DNA from: a bacterium
GTDB lineage: Bacteria > UBA8248
DNA: 64,000 nucleotides
Direction: 5' to 3'
NCBI GenBank assembly: GCA_965261085.1
Contig: OZ253442.1
Span: forward strand, 3,648,001 to 3,712,000
Shown: piece after piece, positions 30,801 through 41,287 of the stretch
Position numbering within the stretch: the stretch's first letter is position 1
Layout of the letters: the number at the start of each line of letters is the position of its first letter
Program-made: the position numbers and the translations under genes
Notes under the pieces: model-generated
Seen by the model: only the letters and a program-made list of their open reading frames with translations
Databases searched by the model: none
Told to the model about the DNA's origin: nothing

Positions 30801-31337
30801 TTATTTTTTGCACTTCTTCTTGCCGGCCAACCTTTCGGAAGTCGTCATGCCAAAGTTGCATGCCTTGATGTAGTCGCCATCCCCGGAGCGGCCATACACC
30901 ACGTCCCCGTTTTCGTCATAGACGGTTTGGGTGACAAAGACGACCTCGCCCCCATGATGCTGGACGATGAGCACCTGGCCCTTCCCCACCTCTCCGGCAA
31001 AAGTATCGGTGCGGCGTTTCTCCGTGCTCGTGCTCACCAGGGGTATGACGGCGTCGCCCAGGAAACTGACCTTTACGGTATTGCCCCGGTTCACGGTTAC
31101 GGAACAGCTCTCCCCGGTGATTTCAAAACCCACCATGAGTCTTTGAATGAAACCCCTTGCGGGTATGTGGACGCAACCATGGCGCGTCCCCGGTTTTAAT
31201 TTTTCCTGATTCAGGGGCGGATTCGATAAAAGCCCTTGAAGGTAGCTTTTGCTCAAAGGCTGAGCGGCGACGCTCTGACAGACCACCGCAAAGAGGAGAA
31301 AACTTGCGAAAACGAAAACAAACTTCATCTTTTTCAT
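30801..31337 (-). CDS. Hypothetical exported protein
   Basis: Signal peptide MKKMKFVFVFASFLLFAVV...AAQ; fills the gap in a same-strand operon. Confidence 0.65.
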   Translation of the reverse strand: MKKMKFVFVFASFLLFAVVCQSVAAQPLSKSYLQGLLSNPPLNQEKLKPGTRHGCVHIPARGFIQRLMVGFEITGESCSVTVNRGNTVKVSFLGDAVIPLVSTSTEKRRTDTFAGEVGKGQVLIVQHHGGEVVFVTQTVYDENGDVVYGRSGDGDYIKACNFGMTTSERLAGKKKCKK

Positions 31338-31398
31338 TCAACGCGTCTCTGTGAAAAACAATTTTCCATTTCCAGGCGAACTTCCATGGTTATTCGGC

Positions 31399-32364
31399 TC
31401 ATTCCGCGTCCGGCAGTATTTCGCCGTTTCGGATGATGGGCGCGCCGTCGAACCAGACCGATGGCGCTCTGATGATGGCGTCGAAGTGGGTCTTGGCCTG
31501 CACGTCTCCCCCTAAGTTGGCGGAGGTGCCGATGCCGATGTGGATCGTGCCGTTCACACCCTCATCATTCAGCATCTCGCCCGTGAAATCCTTGCATTCG
31601 GGGTTTAGGCCCATCGCGAACTGCGCGACGTTATAGACCCATTCGTCGTTCTGTTCAGCCAGTAATTTATCGAGGTAATCCGCCTGCCGCCCGCCCGATA
31701 TCTCCCGCACGAAGCCGTCTTCAACCTGGAAAATAACAGGCTCTTCGATGACGCCCACGCCGTAATAGGGAATGCTCCCGTCCACTACGAGGACGCCGCT
31801 CGCCGTCCCTTCCAAAGGAGATATATTCGCCTCGATGTTCGGAACGGCGGTGAACCCGGGGCCATCCAGAACACAGGCGTGGCTGTTGCCCGCGCGTCCC
31901 TCGACGGAAAGCACGAGTTCGGTGCCCGCCGGGTTGGTGACGCGCACCTCGCGCGCCTCGCTCAAGCGCGCCGCCAGGGCGTCGCAAAGCGGTTTTCTCG
32001 CCCTGAAATCGGCCATCAGGCCGCCGTACTCCATCTGTCCGGGCGTGAACGCCGTCATCGAGAGCACGCGCGCGCCGGCTCCGATGGCCTCACGCGTCGC
32101 CCGCGTATGGGCGAGGGCGTGGGTGACGGGCAGAAAAACCACGTCGGACGCCCGCATCGCTTCGGCCACGGCGCGCGGCGGCTCCTCGTTGTCGATGCTT
32201 CTGGGCGGGCATACGGCCATCGTCGCCCGTGCGCCTTGGTTCTGCGCCTCGGCGCAAAGGGCCTGCGCGATGGGGAGGCGTTCAGAGTCGGTGACGATGA
32301 GCACGTCCTCACCATTCTTCACGCCGGCGCAGCCGCCCACCAAAATTTTCGCGCCTTTTTTCAT
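31399..32364 (-). CDS. M29-like aminopeptidase / NicX-like protein
   Basis: VTNPAGTEL, GVLVVDGS, MGLNP, NDEG..GTIHIGIG, HFD. Confidence 0.8.
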   Translation of the reverse strand: MKKGAKILVGGCAGVKNGEDVLIVTDSERLPIAQALCAEAQNQGARATMAVCPPRSIDNEEPPRAVAEAMRASDVVFLPVTHALAHTRATREAIGAGARVLSMTAFTPGQMEYGGLMADFRARKPLCDALAARLSEAREVRVTNPAGTELVLSVEGRAGNSHACVLDGPGFTAVPNIEANISPLEGTASGVLVVDGSIPYYGVGVIEEPVIFQVEDGFVREISGGRQADYLDKLLAEQNDEWVYNVAQFAMGLNPECKDFTGEMLNDEGVNGTIHIGIGTSANLGGDVQAKTHFDAIIRAPSVWFDGAPIIRNGEILPDAE

Positions 32365-32536
32365 CGAACATCCCTTACCTTCGAGCGATGAAGGCGGCGT
32401 CGCCGACCCCGGTTCGCCCGCAATATCCACTCCGCAAAATCCCGAAATCCCGCCGGGGCTTCAAAGGCGTCTTTGCGCTACGATGCTTGCCCGTATAAGT
32501 GTAGGAATCTACACCAGGGGAATGAGCGAGGCGAGC

Positions 32537-33373
32537 ATGAGCGAGAGAAAACGCGCAATTCAAAAATCGGGCATCGGCCGAAAGCGCCTGATGGATATCT
32601 ACGAGCGCCTGTACGCGCGCTTCGGCCCGCAGGATTGGTGGCCCGGCGAGACGACGCTCGAGGTCTGCCTGGGAGCCATTCTCGTCCAGAACACCTCGTG
32701 GGCGAACGCGGCGCGCGCGATCGGGAACCTCAAAAAAGAAGGCCTCTTAACGGAGGGCGCGCTCAAGAAAGTGCGCAAAGATCGCCTCGCCCGCCTCATC
32801 CGACCCGCGCGGTTTTTCAACATGAAGGCCAAGAGGCTAAAGGGTTTCGTCTCTTATCTCTGGAAACACTTTGAGGGAGACGTGGACATATTCTTGAGCC
32901 TGCCCACCGAAAAGCTGCATGAGGAACTCTTAAGCCTCGACGGCGTCGGGCGCGAGACGGCCGATTCCATCACCCTTTACGCCTCCGGGAGGGCGGTGTT
33001 CGTGGTGGACGCCTACACGAAACGCATATTTTCGAGGCTCGGGCATTTCGAGGCGTCAAAAAACGGGGATAAGGACTATCTCGCCTTACAGGAGAGCCTC
33101 ACGGCCCACTTGCCCCGTGAGGCCCCTCTTTTCAACGAATACCACGCCCTGCTCGTGCGTCTGGGGCACACCTGCTGCCGCCCGAAGCCCAAATGCGAGG
33201 AATGCCCGCTCCAAGCGGTCTGCCCGTATCCCGGAAACGACACGCGCCGGAATGACGGGAAAGGCAGAAAATCACTCCCCGTTAAGGACCTGAATCACTC
33301 CCCCCTTGAGGGTCATTGCCGACCAAAGAGGGAGGGAATGTCGAAGAAGCCGAGCGTTTTGTGCGATGGCTGA
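32537..33373 (+). CDS. Endonuclease III-related HhH-GPD glycosylase with FeS cluster
   Basis: FGPQDWWP, GAILVQNTSW, GVGRETADSI, VVDAYT.R, C.PKPKCEECPL..VC. Confidence 0.9.
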   Translation: MSERKRAIQKSGIGRKRLMDIYERLYARFGPQDWWPGETTLEVCLGAILVQNTSWANAARAIGNLKKEGLLTEGALKKVRKDRLARLIRPARFFNMKAKRLKGFVSYLWKHFEGDVDIFLSLPTEKLHEELLSLDGVGRETADSITLYASGRAVFVVDAYTKRIFSRLGHFEASKNGDKDYLALQESLTAHLPREAPLFNEYHALLVRLGHTCCRPKPKCEECPLQAVCPYPGNDTRRNDGKGRKSLPVKDLNHSPLEGHCRPKREGMSKKPSVLCDG

Positions 33374-33780
33374 TGCGGTGGGGGGTCAAACCCGACCAAT
33401 GAGGGGCTGTTGAAAAAGCCTTTGTCAAGGGAGCAACCCCCCTGTCCCCCCTTGTCAGGGGGGTAAAGGCGATGCCCCCCGACGATGGGGGTGGAAGAAA
33501 AGCCCCCCTGACAAGGGGGGACAGGGGGGTTGCTTTTACCAGTCGAAAGGGGTGTCCCCTCTACTTTCTAAAAAGGGGTCTTTTTCAACAACCCCAATGA
33601 GGGAGGGCTTAACCAGGGTGAGGAAAACAGCGGCATGCAATTCCTCGCTCGTCGCTCGGAAGAATTCCTCCTTCCTCAGTCGGAATTCACCCCCCACTGG
33701 TTCGCTTGCGGGCTAACGCCCTTAGCTCACCGACGGACTTTCCCCTCGGAAAGCCCGACCCTCAAGGGGGGAGTGATTTT
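33293..33780. repeat. Complete REP-like family A element interrupted by a MITE
   Basis: AATCACTCCCCCCTTGAGGG ... CCCTCAAGGGGGGAGTGATT inverted ends. Confidence 0.8.
33403..33595. mobile_element. MITE (TIR GGGG(C/T)TGTTGAAAAA), TSD AATGA
   Basis: AATGA|GGGGCTGTTGAAAAAG ... CTTTTTCAACAACCCC|AATGA; internal CCCCCCTGACAAGGGGGG hairpins. Confidence 0.85.
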
Positions 33781-33958
33781 CCTCTCTAGTCTTGACGTAG
33801 GGCTTCTCGAAGAAGAGAAGCTCTACCTTCAAAGGGAGTGAAAAAATCCGGGCAGGCAAGAACGTCCATTTCCAAGGGATCCTGCGCGCTGGCCTTGATG
33901 GCGGTTTTGTTACTCTTCAGCGTCTTCCGGGAGATACCGGCGCGCATAAATCCCTGAC

Positions 33959-34741
33959 CTACACGACGGCGCAGAAACCACCGTCGATGTTCACCGCCGT
34001 CCCCGTGATGAAAGACGCGGCGTCAGACGCCAGAAAACACGCCATGTTGGCGTATTCCTCGGCCGTTCCCATTCTGCCGAGGGGAATATCACGCCCGTAT
34101 TCGGCGACGAATTCATCAAACGAGATTTCAGGCTTTTCCCGCTCATAGCGCCCCGCGATTTGATCCGTCACGATGCGTCCCGTACAAAGCGAGTTCACCA
34201 GCACGTTGTGCGGCGCGCCTTCGCCCGCCAGCACCTTGGTCATCGCCATGCCTGCGGCGCGCGATACCGAGGTGGGCGCGCTGCCCGCAGGCGGCGCTTT
34301 GCCCGCCACGGTCACCACGTTGATGATGCGGCCCCAGCGGCGCGCCTTCATCGCGGGAAACGCGAGCCGGCAGGTCCTGATGGCGCCGAAGAGCTTGAGG
34401 CCCAAATCCTCCTCCCACATCTCATCGCTTATTTCCTCGAACGGCCCCCGGGTGGAGGTGCCCGCGTTGTTCACCAGAATGTCGATTTGGCCCAGATCAT
34501 CGAGCGCCGAGGCCCACATGGTCTTGATCGCCTCGGCATCGCCCATATCGCACGAATAGGCGAAAACCTTGCCTCCCGTGGCGGCTTCCATCTCCCGTTT
34601 CGTTTCATCGAGCACGTCGGGCCGCCTCGCGACGATGCCCACCTCGGCTCCTGATTCAGAGAATTTGAGAGCCATGCCCCGGCCCATGCCTCGGCTGGCG
34701 CCCGTGATGAGCGCTTTTTTTCCGTCCAGACGAATATCCAT
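33959..34741 (-). CDS. Short-chain dehydrogenase/reductase
   Basis: TGASRGMG, LVNNAG, PLGRMG. Confidence 0.92.
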   Translation of the reverse strand: MDIRLDGKKALITGASRGMGRGMALKFSESGAEVGIVARRPDVLDETKREMEAATGGKVFAYSCDMGDAEAIKTMWASALDDLGQIDILVNNAGTSTRGPFEEISDEMWEEDLGLKLFGAIRTCRLAFPAMKARRWGRIINVVTVAGKAPPAGSAPTSVSRAAGMAMTKVLAGEGAPHNVLVNSLCTGRIVTDQIAGRYEREKPEISFDEFVAEYGRDIPLGRMGTAEEYANMACFLASDAASFITGTAVNIDGGFCAVV

Positions 34742-34856
34742 GGAAAACTCCTCCAGTATGTTTCAGGTTATGTATCCGCAGTAAAACAGGAAGGTCGAGA
34801 ACTTTCATCGGCGCATAGAAGCCCGCCCGGCCCGGAATTCACCCGCCCGGTTTTCC

Positions 34857-36542
34857 TTATGAAATTTTCGGGAGGGGCTGCTCGCGCGTCATGACTTCCA
34901 CGATGGCCGGCATGCCCGCAGAGAGCGCCGCCTCGATGGCATCGTCGAGATCGGCGGGGTCTTCCACCCGCACGCCGAAAGCGTCGAAAGAGCGCGCCAT
35001 CTCGGCGAAATGGGGGCTCTTGAAGTCGCAGCCGTAGGCCGCGCCGTAGAGGTTTTGCTGCTGGCGATCAATCTGGCCGTAGGAGCCGTCGTTCAAGACG
35101 ATCATCACGATGTCGGCGCCGTATTCGCTCGCCGTCACGAAATCACCGATCGTCATCAGAAACGCGCCGTCCCCCACCAGGCCGATGACGTCGCGCTCGG
35201 GATATTCCATCTTGGCGACGATGGCCGTGGGCAGCGCGAAGGACATGGCGTTCCACACGCCCGACTGCATGAAGGAGAACTGGTTCGTGAGCGGCACGTA
35301 GTAGCGCGCGAACATCTGGCAGTTGCCCACGTCGCTGACGACGATGGCGTCGGACTTGATGTGGGTGGCCAGCTTTTCCATCAACAGCGCCGGATGGATC
35401 GGGGTCTCGCTCTCATGGCCTTCGATGACCTTCAAGACCTGCCTTCTCATGTCCGCCTTGCCCTGCGCGATCTGCTCTCTTACTCCATCTCCCGCGCATC
35501 CGCTCTCATCCTCTAAATGGGCTTCCAGGTCGCTTAAGAACATTTTTGGATCCGCGACAATCTCGTCCGCGCCGCCGTAATGCGCGTCCTCCGCGTCGTC
35601 GAAGCCGATGAAAATCCGGTCCCCAGGCGCATAGCCGTCGATGTGCTCCACCTCCGCCGTGGCGGCTCTTAGGCCGATGAACATCATCAGATCACACTTC
35701 GAGGTGACGCCGTTCATAAAGCCTGTGTTCCTGAAGGCGAAGTAATGCCCCACCGCCAGGGGGTGGTCTTCAGGGATAACGCCCATTGCATCCTGGGGGT
35801 AGATGACGGGAATGGAGAATTTATCGGCGACCCGCGCCAACTCTTCCATCGCCCCTTTTCGCATCACCCCCTTGCCCGCGCAGATGACGGGGTATTTCGC
35901 GGCCAGCAGCCTCCGGGCGTACTGGGCGACGTCCTCCGCATTGGGGGCCACGACCTGCGTCGGCTGCGGCGCATATTCGGGCAACGCGATGGGTTCTTCC
36001 TGCAAGAGATGGGGGCTGTAATCGCTGAGTCTCGGAATCTCGACGTGGACCGGCCCCGGCCTCCCGCTTCTGGCGACGTGAAACGCCCTGGCCATGACGC
36101 CCGAGATATCCTCCATCCTCTTCACGCGAACGCTCCACTTGGTGACTTTTCCGAACATCTCGACCAGAAAATCAGGGTCGTCCACCCCGTGGAACGCCTC
36201 GCGCGACGCATCGAGGGGTACTGAGCCCGTGATGTGCACCATCGGCGACGCCGCGCCATAGGCTTGGGCCACGCCCGCGATGGAATTCGCACCGCCCGGC
36301 CCCGCCGTGAGCAGGCATACGCCGGGCTCTCCGGTGAGCCGCCCGTAGGCGTCGGCCATCAGGGAGGCGTTCGGCTCCTGCTTGCAAGTGACGAGACCGA
36401 TGGAGGGCGCTTCCCGCAGCGCGTCGTAGAACTGAAGAAGATGAGACCCGGGAAGGCAATAGAGCCTTTTTACGTTTTCCCTTACGAGCGCGTCTACGAC
36501 GATTTGGCCCGCGTGCGCGGGCGCGCCTACTTCAAAAGCCAT
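34857..36542 (-). CDS. Thiamine pyrophosphate-binding enzyme (ALS-like)
   Basis: LPGSH, MADAYGRLTG.PGV, GDGAFLM...VLNDGSYG. Confidence 0.92.
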   Translation of the reverse strand: MAFEVGAPAHAGQIVVDALVRENVKRLYCLPGSHLLQFYDALREAPSIGLVTCKQEPNASLMADAYGRLTGEPGVCLLTAGPGGANSIAGVAQAYGAASPMVHITGSVPLDASREAFHGVDDPDFLVEMFGKVTKWSVRVKRMEDISGVMARAFHVARSGRPGPVHVEIPRLSDYSPHLLQEEPIALPEYAPQPTQVVAPNAEDVAQYARRLLAAKYPVICAGKGVMRKGAMEELARVADKFSIPVIYPQDAMGVIPEDHPLAVGHYFAFRNTGFMNGVTSKCDLMMFIGLRAATAEVEHIDGYAPGDRIFIGFDDAEDAHYGGADEIVADPKMFLSDLEAHLEDESGCAGDGVREQIAQGKADMRRQVLKVIEGHESETPIHPALLMEKLATHIKSDAIVVSDVGNCQMFARYYVPLTNQFSFMQSGVWNAMSFALPTAIVAKMEYPERDVIGLVGDGAFLMTIGDFVTASEYGADIVMIVLNDGSYGQIDRQQQNLYGAAYGCDFKSPHFAEMARSFDAFGVRVEDPADLDDAIEAALSAGMPAIVEVMTREQPLPKIS

Positions 36543-36582
36543 GAATCATCCTCTCGTTCATGAAAACGAAATAAGAAAAAAG

Positions 36583-37662
36583 CTACGCGCCTGATTTCTG
36601 GATGTGCGCGCAAAGATAATCGCCCACTTCACGGGTATTCAGCGAGCCACCCAGGTCGGCCGTGATCTTTTTCTCGCGGACGGCGGAGCGTATCGCCTCC
36701 CAGATCAGGTTCGCCGCATCCTCCATCCCCAGGGTGTTCAGCAGGATTCTTCCCGTGAGGCATACCGCAAAAGGGTTCGCGATTCCCTTGAGCGCGATGT
36801 CGGGCGCGGTGCCGTGCACGGGCTCGAACATGCAGACGCGGCCCGGATGAATGCAGCCCGAAGCCGCCAGCCCCACGCCTCCGACGAGCCCCGCGCACAG
36901 ATCGCTCAGGATATCGCCGAACATGTTGTTGGTGACGATAACGCCGAAATCCTCGGGCTTGTACAAGAGATCCTGGCACAGCGTGTCGATGAAGTAATGC
37001 TCCCCCTCCACGTCGGGAAATTCCTCTGAAACCGCCCAGAAAACCCGCTGCCACAGACCGTGCGCGTGAATCAAAGACCCGTGCTTGTCCGCCATGGTCA
37101 CCTTGGGGTAGCCGTGTTTTTGCGCGTACTCGAAGGCGTAGCGGCAGATGCGCGAGACACCCTTGTAGGTGTTGATGTCCTCCTGGATGGCGACCTCATC
37201 GGGCGTTCCCTTCTTGAAGTTGCCGCCCACGCGCACGTTCAGCCCTTCGGTGTTTTCGCGCACGACGACCAGGTCGATGGGAGCATCTTTCTTTAAGGGG
37301 CAGAAATCGGGATGCAGCAGCGGCGCCGGCCGCAGGTTCACGTACAAATCAAGCTCGAACCGAAGGGCGCGCAGGAGATCGCGGCAGTTCACGTCCTTGG
37401 GGATTCTGGGGTCGAGACCAGCACTTCCGAACAGGATGGCGTCGTGCCTGTCCGCGAGGCCCCGCACCAGCCCTTCCACGTCGTCGGGCAGGGGGGTTCC
37501 GTGCTCGATATAGTGGAGCGCGCCGTAGTCATACACTTGCGGTTCGACGGCCACACCCACTGCGCCCGCCGCCGCCTGAATCACCTCCGTCGCCACGGGC
37601 AGCACGTCGTGCCCCACGCCGTCGCCCAGAATCACCGCCATGGAAATCGATTTTTCATTCAT
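36583..37662 (-). CDS. Isocitrate/isopropylmalate/tartrate beta-decarboxylating dehydrogenase
   Basis: GDGVG, LYVNLRP, VRENTEG, NMFGDILSD, FEPVHGTAPDI. Confidence 0.92.
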   Translation of the reverse strand: MNEKSISMAVILGDGVGHDVLPVATEVIQAAAGAVGVAVEPQVYDYGALHYIEHGTPLPDDVEGLVRGLADRHDAILFGSAGLDPRIPKDVNCRDLLRALRFELDLYVNLRPAPLLHPDFCPLKKDAPIDLVVVRENTEGLNVRVGGNFKKGTPDEVAIQEDINTYKGVSRICRYAFEYAQKHGYPKVTMADKHGSLIHAHGLWQRVFWAVSEEFPDVEGEHYFIDTLCQDLLYKPEDFGVIVTNNMFGDILSDLCAGLVGGVGLAASGCIHPGRVCMFEPVHGTAPDIALKGIANPFAVCLTGRILLNTLGMEDAANLIWEAIRSAVREKKITADLGGSLNTREVGDYLCAHIQKSGA

Positions 37663-37675
37663 GAGATTCCCCCGC

Positions 37676-38851
37676 TCACAGGTGCTTGATGACTTTGATG
37701 CGCTGCACGGCGTCGCCTGCCAGATGCGTCCAGACGATCGCGTCGCGAACGAGTTTTTCCACGCCCACGTCCTTCATGACGCCGGCGCCGCCGTGGATGT
37801 CCATGCACAGGTGGGTAACGCGCTGGATGACGTCCGTCGAGAAATTCATGAGCAGGATGTTGTGCTTCATGTCGCGGTCCGCACCCTTTTCGAGGTCACA
37901 CGCGGTGCGCATGACGTAGGAGCGCAGCGCTTCGGTGAGCATGTGCATCTCGGAGAGTTTGAGCTGAATGGCCTGGTGCTCGATGATGAATTTACCGCCC
38001 TGCCAGCGCGTTCTCGCGTGGTGCATCGCCATGTCGACCGCCGCCTGGCACACGCCCAGCGCGTTGGAGGAGAGTTCCAGATCGCCGAATTCCGACGTAT
38101 CGCCTTTTCTCGCCTGAATCCCCCGGTTCACCTCGCCCACCACGTTGGCGTGCGGCACGCGGGCGTCCTCGAAAATAAGCTCCGCGTTCTGGTAAAAACG
38201 CCAGCCTATCTTGTCGTACACCTTGCCCACGCGAAAGCCCGGCGTATCCGTCGGCACCAGGAAGAGCGTGGTGCCCTGCGTGATGGGTACGTCCGGGTCG
38301 GATCTGCCGTCGATGAAGAAGAGCTTGGCCACGCTGCCGTTGGCGATGTAGCGCTTGCGGCCGTTCAGCACCCACTCGTCCCCATCGCGCACCGCCTGCA
38401 GCTTCCAGCCCGTCCGGGGGTCGTCCGAGGGCATGCGGTTGTCAGAACCCGCCGACTCCTCGGTTCCGCCTTTGCCGAGAAGATAGGTGTCGTCCGCCAG
38501 GAAAGGTTTCAGGAACCTGTCTTTCTGATCATCCGTGCAGGCGGCGGCTATCAGGTGGCTCCACTTCCAGCACTGGCTGAAAGTTTTCGATATCGCGCTG
38601 TCGCCGCGCGCGATTTCTTCCATCACCAGCGCCTGGGAGACGAAATCTATCCCGTGTCCGCCGCGTTCCTTGGGCACGACGGCGGTGCGAAAACCGAGCC
38701 GGGAGCCCTTTTTGATAATCTCCCAATCGAAGGTCTCGCGCGGGTCGGAAATCATGTCCCGCGCGAGCGATATGGGAGCGACTTCCTCGGTCGCGAATTT
38801 TCTCGCCTTATCGCGCCACACCTGCTGTTCTTCGTTCAGATTAAAATCCAT
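37676..38851 (-). CDS. Acyl-CoA dehydrogenase family
   Basis: TE.SAGSD, WVLNGRKRYIANG, ELIFEDARVP, IHGGAG. Confidence 0.92.
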   Translation of the reverse strand: MDFNLNEEQQVWRDKARKFATEEVAPISLARDMISDPRETFDWEIIKKGSRLGFRTAVVPKERGGHGIDFVSQALVMEEIARGDSAISKTFSQCWKWSHLIAAACTDDQKDRFLKPFLADDTYLLGKGGTEESAGSDNRMPSDDPRTGWKLQAVRDGDEWVLNGRKRYIANGSVAKLFFIDGRSDPDVPITQGTTLFLVPTDTPGFRVGKVYDKIGWRFYQNAELIFEDARVPHANVVGEVNRGIQARKGDTSEFGDLELSSNALGVCQAAVDMAMHHARTRWQGGKFIIEHQAIQLKLSEMHMLTEALRSYVMRTACDLEKGADRDMKHNILLMNFSTDVIQRVTHLCMDIHGGAGVMKDVGVEKLVRDAIVWTHLAGDAVQRIKVIKHL

Positions 38852-38927
38852 ATAAATCAACCCTCATCAATGAAAGAATGGCGGGCCTATTTTAGCCCGC
38901 CCGTATTTTACGGAAATCCACGGGAAA

Positions 38928-40070
38928 CTAGACGGATACCCCCTGGCTTAAGCACAAAAACGCCTCATCCTCCTCATGCACGAGGCCCAGTTCCCTTTCC
39001 ATCTCGCGCACGAGCGGAATCACGTGTCTGCCTACGGTTTCGCATTCCTCGTGCAGGGGGAAGCCCGAGAGTATCAGCAAGTCGATGCCCGCCTGTTCGA
39101 TCTCGATGATCTTCTGGGCGCATTGCGCATAAGAGCCCACGATGGCGACGGCCGAGCCCGAGCGGATGCGCCCCATGCCCGCCCAGAGGTTGGGGGCCAC
39201 CATTTCCTCGCGCGTGCGGGCCTGCTGATCCTTCGTGCCCTGGCTCTCGAAGGAGGAAATGACCTTGCCGCGATGCGCCAACACCTCGGGATCGACCCGG
39301 CTCATCACCTCCTCCGCCGCCTCGAAGGCTTCCTCCTCGGTTTCGCGCGCGAAGATTTGAAAGCGCGTCACGTACTTGAGCGGTCTCTCCCGCCCGGCCC
39401 GTTCGCATTTCTCGTTCATATGCCGGACGCGCCCGGCCACCTGCCCGGGCGTTTCTCCCCAGAACACCGAATACTCCGCCCGCCGGATGGCGATGTCCTG
39501 CGCTATCTCGGAAGCCCCGGCCATGAAGAAGGGGATCCTCGGCTTCTGCACGGGGCGGGGATAGACGGTGGCGTCTTCCAAACGGTAGAACTTGCCCGCA
39601 AACGAGTATTTATCTTTAGTCCAGAGGCCCTCTAAAATTTCGAGATATTCATCCGTGCGCTCATAGCGCGTGTCGTGGTCCAGGGTCTCGCCGTAGTTCG
39701 CGAGCGCGCCGCCTCCCGTCACGATGTTATAAAGAATGCGCCCGCCCGTGAGCTCATCCAGCGAAGCCATCATCCGGGCGCAGATGGCCGGGTCGATGAT
39801 CCCCACCCGAACGGCGAGGAGCAGCTTTATCGTCTTCGTCGCAGGACCGATGACCGCGGCGTTCACCATGCTGTCCCACGTGGGGGCCTGCGGCCCGTAG
39901 TGGCCGCTCACTTGCGAGGTGGGCACCAGGATGGTGGTGAAGCCGCTGCGCTCGGCGTTTTGCGCGATGCGGGTGAAGGTCTCATAGCTCGGGGGATGGT
40001 CGGCGAATTTCTGGCCGATGTACGCGCTGTCGCCGTCACACGACATGTACCATGCAAGTTCTATGGCCAT
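38928..40070 (-). CDS. LLM-class flavin monooxygenase (SsuD-like)
   Basis: AERSGF..ILVPT, LLAVR, GGRILYNIVTGG, AGASE, PNLWAG, ILSGFP. Confidence 0.88.
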   Translation of the reverse strand: MAIELAWYMSCDGDSAYIGQKFADHPPSYETFTRIAQNAERSGFTTILVPTSQVSGHYGPQAPTWDSMVNAAVIGPATKTIKLLLAVRVGIIDPAICARMMASLDELTGGRILYNIVTGGGALANYGETLDHDTRYERTDEYLEILEGLWTKDKYSFAGKFYRLEDATVYPRPVQKPRIPFFMAGASEIAQDIAIRRAEYSVFWGETPGQVAGRVRHMNEKCERAGRERPLKYVTRFQIFARETEEEAFEAAEEVMSRVDPEVLAHRGKVISSFESQGTKDQQARTREEMVAPNLWAGMGRIRSGSAVAIVGSYAQCAQKIIEIEQAGIDLLILSGFPLHEECETVGRHVIPLVREMERELGLVHEEDEAFLCLSQGVSV

Positions 40071-40170
40071 GAGATTCTCTCCGGGTATGTTCCGTTCCCT
40101 TGAATGAGGAGCCAGTATATTCCCCCAGAGGGCGTTTCGTCACTTGAGATCGGCGTTTCGCGCGCGAACC

Positions 40171-41031
40171 TCATCCCTCGAGAAACGCTTCCATCTGGCG
40201 GCGGTAGTCCGCGTCGTTGGTGTATTTTTTCATAAAATCGCCCGTGGGGATGTTTTCGAGATCCTCCGGCTGCGCGCCTTCCCTGAAGGCCTTCAGCACC
40301 GAATAGGCCGCCTGCGCCGCCGCCATGATGGGCTGGTGGCCCTGGAGCGCGACGCGCACGCCCAGACTCCCGAGATAATCCAGCCCGCGCACCTCCTTGG
40401 CGCTCCCGCCCAGTATGATGGGGAGGCTCACCGCCGCCGCGATGGCCTCCAACTGAGCGCGGCTCTGGACGCCCACCACGAAGATGGCGTCCACCCCCGC
40501 CGCCTCATACGCCGTCACGCGCGCGATAGCGTCTTCCGTGCCCGTGACGCGCGGCGCGCTCGTCCTGCCCGCGATGACGAGGTTCTTATCCCCGCGTCCC
40601 TCGAGCGCGGCGCGCATCTTGCCGACGCCCTCCTCAATCGTGCTGAGCTGCGCCCCCTCTGCGCCGAAGGGCTGGGGAAGTATCGTGTCCTCTATCGAGA
40701 GGCCCGCCACGCCGGCGGTTTCGAGTTCCTGGACGGTGCGCTTCACGTTCAGCGCGTTGCCGTAGCCATGATCGGCGTCCACCATCAGGGGAACGTCCAT
40801 CGCGCGGTTGATGCGCAGCGCCTGGCCGGCGAATTCCGTCAACGTCAGCAAGATGATGTCCGGCGCGCCCAGCACGGTGAGCGAAGCGGTGGAGCCTGCG
40901 AACATCCCGAGTTCGAAGCCCAAATCCTCCGCCATGCGCGCGGTGAGGGGGTCATACACCGAACCGGGGTGAACGCATCTGTCGCCTGAGAGTATGGCGC
41001 GAAATTTCTCTCGTCTTGGTGTCCAGTTCAT
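40171..41031 (-). CDS. Isocitrate lyase/PEP mutase family (oxaloacetate decarboxylase-like)
   Basis: GSVYDP, VDADHGYGNALNV.RTV, SIEDT.LP. Confidence 0.88.
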   Translation of the reverse strand: MNWTPRREKFRAILSGDRCVHPGSVYDPLTARMAEDLGFELGMFAGSTASLTVLGAPDIILLTLTEFAGQALRINRAMDVPLMVDADHGYGNALNVKRTVQELETAGVAGLSIEDTILPQPFGAEGAQLSTIEEGVGKMRAALEGRGDKNLVIAGRTSAPRVTGTEDAIARVTAYEAAGVDAIFVVGVQSRAQLEAIAAAVSLPIILGGSAKEVRGLDYLGSLGVRVALQGHQPIMAAAQAAYSVLKAFREGAQPEDLENIPTGDFMKKYTNDADYRRQMEAFLEG

Positions 41032-41287
41032 TTTGAATCCATCTCCCGTTCAAAGGTGAAGCAATGCCGCCTCATATGACCTCCCTCCCGCCGTCTGAAT
41101 AGGTGACCCGCACGCTGATTTGCGGCTCGCTCATGCTTCACTCCTGTATGAAGGATTGATGATGACGGTTTCAAGCCGAGGCACTATAGCATTTTTCACC
41201 GCGCCGGCCAGCGTGGTGAGGCGGGGGCGGAATAAGGAATACCGACCGATGGAGGAATTGTTCCGAGTGAGTGATGTTGCCTTTGCT

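Noticed and set aside
37640-39109. Long + strand ORFs opposite real genes (also 22506-23837, 62151-63674)
   Set aside because: Typical high-GC antisense frames with no protein motifs
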